From Sandaracinaceae bacterium (lineage in GTDB: Bacteria > Myxococcota_A > Polyangia > Polyangiales > Sandaracinaceae): DNA of 36,217 nt. Within the stretch, counting starts at the first letter, position 1; every line of letters starts with the position of its first letter. The position numbers and the translations under genes were made by a program. Below the pieces are notes generated by a model that saw nothing but the letters and a program-made list of their open reading frames with translations, was not told the DNA's origin and searched no databases. This document shows positions 28,271-36,217 of the stretch, piece by piece. Location of the stretch: positions 1 to 36,217 of the forward strand of contig JBGAQA010000023.1 in NCBI GenBank assembly GCA_044220955.1, given 5' to 3'.

Positions 28271-29218
28271 TCAGGGCGCCGCGGGGCGCGTGCTCGGCAC
28301 GTCCACGACGGCGATCGCGTGTCGCGGGTGCGCGCCCGGATCGTGCACGGCGACGAAGAGCTGGCGGTCCTGCCCGTCCCACGCGAGCCCGCGCGGCTCG
28401 CCTCCGAGCTCGCGCGCGACGAGCCGTGAGGCCCCGGCGCTCGTCACCGCGTACACGCTCCCGTCGCCGCTGCTGACGAAGACCTCGTCCTCGCCCGGCG
28501 TCATCAGGTCGGGTGACGGCAGCGTGGCGAGCAGCGCGCGGTCGCCGCACACGGGCAGGTGGCAGCCGACGAGCGAGTCGTGGCTCCGGTCCGACACCAC
28601 GAGCAGGTCGTCGAGGATCGCGATCCCGAAGGCCTCGCCCAGGCCCACCATCACGTCGACCTCGCCCGCGCCGCCGAGATCGACGCGCGCGACGCCTCCG
28701 GTCCACGCGTCCTCACCGCCCGTGAACCACGCGACGTAGAGGTCGCCGTAGGCCCCGATGCCGTGCCGGTGCCGCGCCGGATCGAGCCCGGGGACGGGAC
28801 GGACCGCCTCGTCGGCGAGCAAGCGGACCACGCCCCCGTCGTCGTCGGTGCCGGAGCGCGCCGACGCGATGACGCCGTCGCCGAGCGCGACGAGCCCGCC
28901 GCCGGCGCGGCCGGCGCCCGCGAGCGGACGCTCGCCCAGGACGACGCCGTTCGACACGACGAGCACGCGCGGGCGGTCGTGATCGCCGACGAAGAGCATC
29001 CGCCGCGCGTCGTCCCAGGCGAGGCCGCTGGGATCGACGCCGTCGAGCAGGATGCGGTGGTAGCGCTCGGTCTCGACGGCGCGCACCGCCGGCGCCGGCG
29101 ACGCACCGCCGCAGCCCGCGACGGCGAGCGCGAGCGCGAGCGCCCCGCGAAGCCGGGCCGACAGAACCGCCGCGCGTCCGCGCCGCGGACGCGTCCCGGC
29201 CGGGACCGCGAGCGTCAT
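28271..29218 (-). CDS. Beta-propeller lipoprotein (NHL/SMP-30-like)
   Basis: Lipobox VAGC. Blades PSGLAWD, AFGIAI and PRGLAWD. ATG overlaps the GST stop. Confidence 0.7.
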   Translation of the reverse strand: MTLAVPAGTRPRRGRAAVLSARLRGALALALAVAGCGGASPAPAVRAVETERYHRILLDGVDPSGLAWDDARRMLFVGDHDRPRVLVVSNGVVLGERPLAGAGRAGGGLVALGDGVIASARSGTDDDGGVVRLLADEAVRPVPGLDPARHRHGIGAYGDLYVAWFTGGEDAWTGGVARVDLGGAGEVDVMVGLGEAFGIAILDDLLVVSDRSHDSLVGCHLPVCGDRALLATLPSPDLMTPGEDEVFVSSGDGSVYAVTSAGASRLVARELGGEPRGLAWDGQDRQLFVAVHDPGAHPRHAIAVVDVPSTRPAAP

Positions 29219-29832
29219 CGCTTGGCGGCGCGCATCGCGCGCGTGGACTCGATGAAGGGCAGGGCCGCCTCGCGCGAAGCGCGCATCGCCTCGACCGCGT
29301 AGCAGCGCTCCAGCCAGGGCCGGAGCCGGGCCGGCACCGCGATGCCCTCGTGTGCGAGGCCGTCGACGGCGATCGCCGCGCCCACGTCGCCGAACGTGAA
29401 CGCCTCGCCGGCGAGGAAGGGCGTCTGCGCGAGCCGCTCGCCGAGCACGTCGTACGCGGTCTTCACGGTCTGTCGCGCCGCGTCGGCGCCGGGCGTGCCC
29501 GCCTCCCAGAAGAGCGTCGCGTAGGGCGGCAGCAGGTAGTGGTCCGCGATCCGGTCCCAGTGGCGGGCCACGCGCTGGCTCGCCTCGGGCAGGAGCTTGC
29601 GCGGCCCGCGCTCCTCGAGCAGCTCCACGATCGAGGTCGACTCGAAGAGCGGGCCCTCCGGCGTCTCGAGCGCCGGCATCTTCCCGAAGGGGGACATCGC
29701 GAGGTACTCGGGCCGCTTGAGCGCGCCGGCCCCGAGCTGGATCTGCGCGAGCTCGATCGCGTCGCCCCGGTGCCGGATCGCGACGACGACCTTGCGCGAG
29801 TAGGGCGAGAGCGGGTGGTAGTGCAGGCGCAT
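29215..29832 (-). CDS. Glutathione S-transferase family protein
   Basis: HPLSPYSRKV, SPFGKMPAL, LFESTSIVELL and FLAGEAFTFGD. Confidence 0.92.
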   Translation of the reverse strand: MRLHYHPLSPYSRKVVVAIRHRGDAIELAQIQLGAGALKRPEYLAMSPFGKMPALETPEGPLFESTSIVELLEERGPRKLLPEASQRVARHWDRIADHYLLPPYATLFWEAGTPGADAARQTVKTAYDVLGERLAQTPFLAGEAFTFGDVGAAIAVDGLAHEGIAVPARLRPWLERCYAVEAMRASREAALPFIESTRAMRAAKR

Positions 29833-29939
29833 GGCGAGACCTCGTCCGAGGCGTGGGTCCTGCGGCGAAACCTCGCGCCCCGCAAGGTCCCGCGCGCTCG
29901 ATTCAGTCCTTCCTCTTCTGCCTCACGAGGGCCGGCGCG

Positions 29940-31811
29940 TCAGGGCAGCACCCCGACGATCACGCGGTAGTCCAGCCCGCCCGACGACTCGTTCTCGTCG
30001 ACGATCAAGGCATGGAGACCGCGAGAGAGGATCGTACGGAAGCGCGGTCCGCGCTGCCCGCCGCCGACCCCCGGCACCGGCAGGAGGAGGACCGGGTGCA
30101 GGTAGAGCGTCTGTCCGCGGCAGTCCATGGAGCCCGTGATGAGGGCGTCGTCGTTGCACTCGGTCACCATGCCCGTCGTCGCGCTGCGCAGGTACATGCT
30201 CGGGTCGCGGTAGGGCCCGAAGAGGTCGTCGTTGCGCTCCCACATGCCGCCCTCGCTCCGGCAGGTGCTGAAGTAGACGTTCTCGCCTCCGCACGCGGTC
30301 AGCCAGTAGGCCGCCTCGCCCGAGCTCGCGCCACCGCACGTGGCGGAGCTGGCGCTGCCCCCGGGCAGCCGCCCTTCCATGATGGTGCCCGACGCGATCG
30401 GGCTCGTGTTGGCGTAGAGGATCTGCGCGGTCGTGTCGGGGAGGTACTGCAGGTGCAGCGTGAACGCGCCAGGGTTACAGCTGCCGACCGCGACGTCGTA
30501 CGTGCCCGCCGGCAGGTGCACCGCGGTCCGTGAGGCCCCGCCCCAGGCGGCGCAGGGGGCGTCGTCGTTGCACGCGCCCGGGGTGAACGGGCCGCTGAAG
30601 GGAACGAAAGGTAGTGCGACCCCGGTCGACGAGGTGATGTGGATCTCCGTGTTGGTCGCGCCCGAGTTGAACGTGTCGAGGTAGACGACGCCCGGCGCCA
30701 CGAGCTCGAAGCTGTACCAGACGTTGCGCGCGCTCGAGCAGGCGCAGGGGACGGTCGGGCCGTCGAAGCTCGCGCCGACGGTGGTCCCCATGACCGTGAC
30801 CTCGGTGGTCGAGGGCGTCAGGGGGATGGCGTTCGCTCGCAGATCGTTCGGCGGACCGCAGCTGCCGGTGATGCACGTCACGCCGGGCGCGCATGCGTGG
30901 CCACACGACCCACAATTCGTCGTGCTGCCCTGGAGGTCGACACACGTGCCGCTGCACAGCGTGGCACCTCCCGAGCACGAGCTCGCTGCGCAGGTCCCCG
31001 ACGTGCACGAGGTGCCGCGCGCGCACGCGTGTCCGCATGACCCGCAGTTCGCGTTGTCGGTCATGAAGTCCACGCATGCGTGCCCGCAGAGCGGGACACC
31101 CGCGCGGCACGTGCAGGCACCCGCCGAGCACGCGCCACGCACACACACGACGCCGCAGCCCCCGCAGTTCTCCGGGTCGCTCGAGGTGTCCACGCAGGTG
31201 CCACCGCAGTCGGTCACGCGCCCGCGGCACGCGCAGGTCCCGCCCGAGCAGCTCTGACCGGCAGGGCACACCATCCCGCACGCGCCGCAGTTCAGGGGGT
31301 CGGTCTGCGTGTCGACGCATGCCGCGAGCCCGTTCATCCCGCACTCGCGGAGCGGCGCACGGCAGCGGAGCACGCACGTGCCCGCCTCGCAGATCTCACC
31401 GGCCCCGCACGCGTGATCGCACGTGCCGCAGTGCAGCTCGTCCACCGTCGTGTCGGCGCAGTCACCGGTGCAGCGCGTCGTGCCCCCGGGACACGTCGTC
31501 GGCTGGCAGACGCCGAACATGCACGTCTCGTCGGTCGCGCACGCCATGCCGCACGCGCCACAATTCGCGTCGTCGCCCTGCACCGAGACGCAGCCGCTGC
31601 CGCAGTCCACCTCGCCCAGGGGGCACCCCGTGTCCGGCAGCGTCGCGCCGGCGTCGCCGCCCGCGTCCCGCCCGGTCGATGCGTCGATCGCTCCCGTGTC
31701 GATCGTTCCCACGTCCATCGCTCCGGAGCCCGTGTCGGGCGCGGCCGGGCTGGACGCGCAGCCGAGGGCGAGGGCGGAGGCGAGGGCGAAGCTGCGGAAT
31801 TTGCGGTGCAT
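29940..31811 (-). CDS. Cys-rich repeat lipoprotein (MXAN_6577/Stig1-like repeats) with C-terminal beta-sandwich domains
   Basis: Lipobox ALGC. Six repeats of C-x-C-V/A-D/S-x3-D-x2-N/H-C-G-x-C-G/D-x2-C, followed by PPNDLRANAIPL and VWYSF. Confidence 0.85.
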   Translation of the reverse strand: MHRKFRSFALASALALGCASSPAAPDTGSGAMDVGTIDTGAIDASTGRDAGGDAGATLPDTGCPLGEVDCGSGCVSVQGDDANCGACGMACATDETCMFGVCQPTTCPGGTTRCTGDCADTTVDELHCGTCDHACGAGEICEAGTCVLRCRAPLRECGMNGLAACVDTQTDPLNCGACGMVCPAGQSCSGGTCACRGRVTDCGGTCVDTSSDPENCGGCGVVCVRGACSAGACTCRAGVPLCGHACVDFMTDNANCGSCGHACARGTSCTSGTCAASSCSGGATLCSGTCVDLQGSTTNCGSCGHACAPGVTCITGSCGPPNDLRANAIPLTPSTTEVTVMGTTVGASFDGPTVPCACSSARNVWYSFELVAPGVVYLDTFNSGATNTEIHITSSTGVALPFVPFSGPFTPGACNDDAPCAAWGGASRTAVHLPAGTYDVAVGSCNPGAFTLHLQYLPDTTAQILYANTSPIASGTIMEGRLPGGSASSATCGGASSGEAAYWLTACGGENVYFSTCRSEGGMWERNDDLFGPYRDPSMYLRSATTGMVTECNDDALITGSMDCRGQTLYLHPVLLLPVPGVGGGQRGPRFRTILSRGLHALIVDENESSGGLDYRVIVGVLP

Positions 31812-31927
31812 GCGCGCAGGGTCGCACCAAGCCGACGTCGCGCACGCGCCAAGCGCTTCTTCCCTCGCGCCAGCGAGCCGTGCACACCACGGGTGACAAT
31901 TCCCGGCGGGGCAGGCACGTTGCCGTC

Positions 31928-32752
31928 ATGGACATCACGGGCGACCGTCGCTCGTTCGTCCTCGAGCCGCAGGGGCGCGCGCTCGTGGGCCGCCGTCACG
32001 TCTTGTGGTCCGCCGGCCCGAGGCAGGCCGGCACCACCGTGTGGGGAGACTGCGAGACCGCGGACGCTGCCTCGATCACGGCCGCGTGGGACTACGAGGC
32101 ACGGCTCGAGGCCCCCTACTGCGCGGTCGTCGACATGAGCCGCGTCGTGCACGTGGAGGCTCGGGCGTTCGCGATCGTCGAGGCGGACATGCGCCGGCGC
32201 CTGCGCCCGCTCGCGTCGCGCATCCGGCGACAGGCCATCGTCAGGCCGGGTGGGTTCGTCGGGGCGATGGTGGCCGGGTTCTATCCGCTGCTCGCGCCTT
32301 CGTTCCGCTGGCGCGTGTTCTCTCGTAGCGACGAGGCCTTCGCCTGGGCCTTCGGCGAGAGCGGACCCGCCCTCGAGGCCGAGCTCGACGGAATCGTCCG
32401 CGCTGCGAGAGAGAGCGACGAGGTCGTTCGCGTCCGCAGCGTGGTGCGCGAGGCGCTCGACGAGGAGCTCACCCTTCGCGACGTCGCGAGGCGACTCGGC
32501 CGCTCCGCTCGCTCGGTGCAGCGTGCGCTCGCGCGCGCCGGCACGAGCTTCCGCGCCGAGGCAGCGAGCGTTCGGATCGAGCATGCCCGCGAGCTCCTCG
32601 AGCGGACCGAGCTGAAGGTCGAGTCCGTCGCGCGCTCGGTCGGCCTGCGCTCCCCCTCGTCGTTCGTCGCGATGTTCCGCGCAGCCACGGGATCGAGCCC
32701 CACCGAGTACCGCCACGCGCGAGGGGACGCGGGCGACAAGCGGACACGCTGA
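31928..32752 (+). CDS. AraC-family transcriptional regulator
   Basis: C-terminal [24 protein letters not shown]...ARELL...[32 protein letters not shown]. Start MDITGDRR. Confidence 0.9.
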   Translation: MDITGDRRSFVLEPQGRALVGRRHVLWSAGPRQAGTTVWGDCETADAASITAAWDYEARLEAPYCAVVDMSRVVHVEARAFAIVEADMRRRLRPLASRIRRQAIVRPGGFVGAMVAGFYPLLAPSFRWRVFSRSDEAFAWAFGESGPALEAELDGIVRAARESDEVVRVRSVVREALDEELTLRDVARRLGRSARSVQRALARAGTSFRAEAASVRIEHARELLERTELKVESVARSVGLRSPSSFVAMFRAATGSSPTEYRHARGDAGDKRTR

Positions 32753-32822
32753 CCGTCTTCCGTCGCGCCCGGCGCAGTGCCATCCTGCGCTCCGTCGTCT
32801 CGCCCCGGAGGACCGCGTTTCC

Positions 32823-34805
<1,983 letters not shown>

Positions 34806-34822
34806 CAGGCACTGCCCGATTG

Positions 34823-35761
34823 CTACGGGGGCACGAGCCACGGACGTGCCGCGACGCAGAAGGTCCCCGTGCATGACGCCCAGCCGTGCGCGACGCAGTC
34901 GTATCGGCGAACGGTGCCTCCGGGGCCGCAGTAGGTCAGGACGTCACCATCACACCTCGACTCGTCCGGCACACACTCGGACGACGCTGCGACACAGTGC
35001 CCGCTGGGGTCGTCACAGCGCATACCTGCGCTCGAGCACGCGAACCGGCGAGTGAGCTCGCCACCGACACAGTCCCATGCGACGTCACCGTCGCAGACGC
35101 TGCGTGTGCAGCTCCGCGAAGCCGTCGGAGCGCAGCTTCCCTCCCCCGCAACGCACGTGGTTCCCGCCGGGCATGTCACCGACGTCGACGTCTCCGGACA
35201 CTCCGCGACCGATCCATCGGCGCTGCACACCCACGAACCAGCGGCACACGGACGTCGACACTCACCAGCACGCGGGTCGCACGTGTTGCCCGCGGTCGAG
35301 CAGGACTCCGTGTAGCGAGCGCTGAAGGTCGTGCCGCTCGCGGCATCGAAGAACGGATCCGCGCAAGACACCTGCGCGACGCTCCCAGCGCACGACCCCG
35401 CGTATCCGCATCCTTGCCCAGGAAAGGACGTCGCCGACCCGAAGCCGAGACACGCCATCACTGCGTCGCAGTCTCCGTGCGTCGCGGCCAGGCACGCGCT
35501 CACCATGGGTTGCTCGAGGTAGCGGACACCCATGACGAACGCGTCGTCGAACATGGCGGCCGCGACGAACGCCGTCGTCAATCGCGGCGACGTACCGAGT
35601 GGCGACCACTCCGGCGGCTCGCACGCGTTCACCGAGACGAGGAACTGCTCGACGTCGTCGATCTCGAATGGGGCCTCGGCGCCGAGGGATTCCTGCGGCG
35701 CCCCGCACGAGGCCCACACGAGGGTCTGTGTCAGGACGAGCGTTCGGAGTCCGCGGCCCAC
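34823..35761 (-). CDS. Cys-rich hypothetical lipoprotein
   Basis: Signal ending LVWASC. Many CxGD-type Cys motifs (CDGDVAWDC, CDGDVLTYC). Start GTG at 35761 or 35764. Confidence 0.65.
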   Translation of the reverse strand: MGRGLRTLVLTQTLVWASCGAPQESLGAEAPFEIDDVEQFLVSVNACEPPEWSPLGTSPRLTTAFVAAAMFDDAFVMGVRYLEQPMVSACLAATHGDCDAVMACLGFGSATSFPGQGCGYAGSCAGSVAQVSCADPFFDAASGTTFSARYTESCSTAGNTCDPRAGECRRPCAAGSWVCSADGSVAECPETSTSVTCPAGTTCVAGEGSCAPTASRSCTRSVCDGDVAWDCVGGELTRRFACSSAGMRCDDPSGHCVAASSECVPDESRCDGDVLTYCGPGGTVRRYDCVAHGWASCTGTFCVAARPWLVPP

Positions 35762-35808
35762 CACCGCATCATACGACTACCCCGCTCGACCTCCGCGTCG
35801 CCGTCGAA

Positions 35809-35829
35809 GTGGCGGCGGGCCGCCGCCAC
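35809..35829. repeat. Perfect 21-bp palindrome in a divergent intergenic region
   Basis: gtggcggcgg-g-ccgccgccac. Confidence 0.6.
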
Positions 35830-35936
35830 CCACGCCGATCCCGGACGAGATCCTTCGTGTTTCGCGCGCGCCGCGTCCGGCACGCCGCGCGCACCCGTGC
35901 TCCCGCATGCAGAGCGCACATGGCATCCTCGACGAG

Positions 35937-36217
35937 GTGACGTCCTCCCTCGCTCCCGAGGTCCCGCCCGTGCGCCTGCCCGGGCAGCGCGAGCTGCCCA
36001 GCGAGGACGGGCAGCCCATGGAGAGCGAGCGGCACCGGGAGAACTTCCAGCACCTCATCCAGACACTCGCGACGGCCATGCGCGATCGGGACGACGTCTA
36101 CGTCTCGGGGAACATGTTCGTGTACTTCTCCCCGCGCCAACTGAAGAACGAATTCTTCCGCGGCCCGGACGTCTTCGTCGTCGTCGGCGCGGAGAAGAAG
36201 GAGCGCCTCTCGTGGGT
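35937..36217 (+). CDS. Uma2/DUF820-family PD-(D/E)xK endonuclease-like protein (5' part, truncated by window edge)
   Basis: Translated by hand: ...ELPSEDGQPMESERHRENFQHLI...DVYVSGNMFVYFS...FRGPDVFVVVG...ERLSW. Start GTG 35937 or ATG 35907. Confidence 0.85.
   Translation, partial: MTSSLAPEVPPVRLPGQRELPSEDGQPMESERHRENFQHLIQTLATAMRDRDDVYVSGNMFVYFSPRQLKNEFFRGPDVFVVVGAEKKERLSW

Overview
High-GC bacterial chromosomal segment, most likely from Myxococcota (Polyangiales/Sandaracinaceae-like). The assignment is inferred from a TIGR02266-type PilZ protein, a J-domain/TPR protein, and several Cys-rich surface lipoproteins. About 32 real CDSs are present; most long ORFs in the supplied track are shadow frames. 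Housekeeping genes (pip, yfhL-type ferredoxin, argF, aroE, xseA, folK, rtcA, acs) are interspersed with accessory envelope and lipoprotein genes. No rRNA, tRNA, CRISPR array, transposase or phage gene was seen. Highlights: (1) a translationally coupled operon of a plant-FAAH-like amidase, a SMUG1-type uracil-DNA glycosylase and two hot-dog thioesterases; (2) an 8-kb stretch enriched in families best known from plants/animals (pectin acetylesterase/Notum, FAAH, SMUG1, CASTOR/POLLUX); (3) a -10-like hexamer 6-9 nt before the start codon, with no Shine-Dalgarno, at roughly a dozen genes, suggesting widespread leaderless transcription; (4) a ~160-bp inverted-repeat-bounded element between slt and argF with tandem duplication of both flanking gene ends; (5) two small ORFs not called as such in the ORF track; (6) a PilZ-TM-PEGA trans-envelope protein with His-repeat tail. 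All family assignments come from motif recognition by eye, with no database searches.
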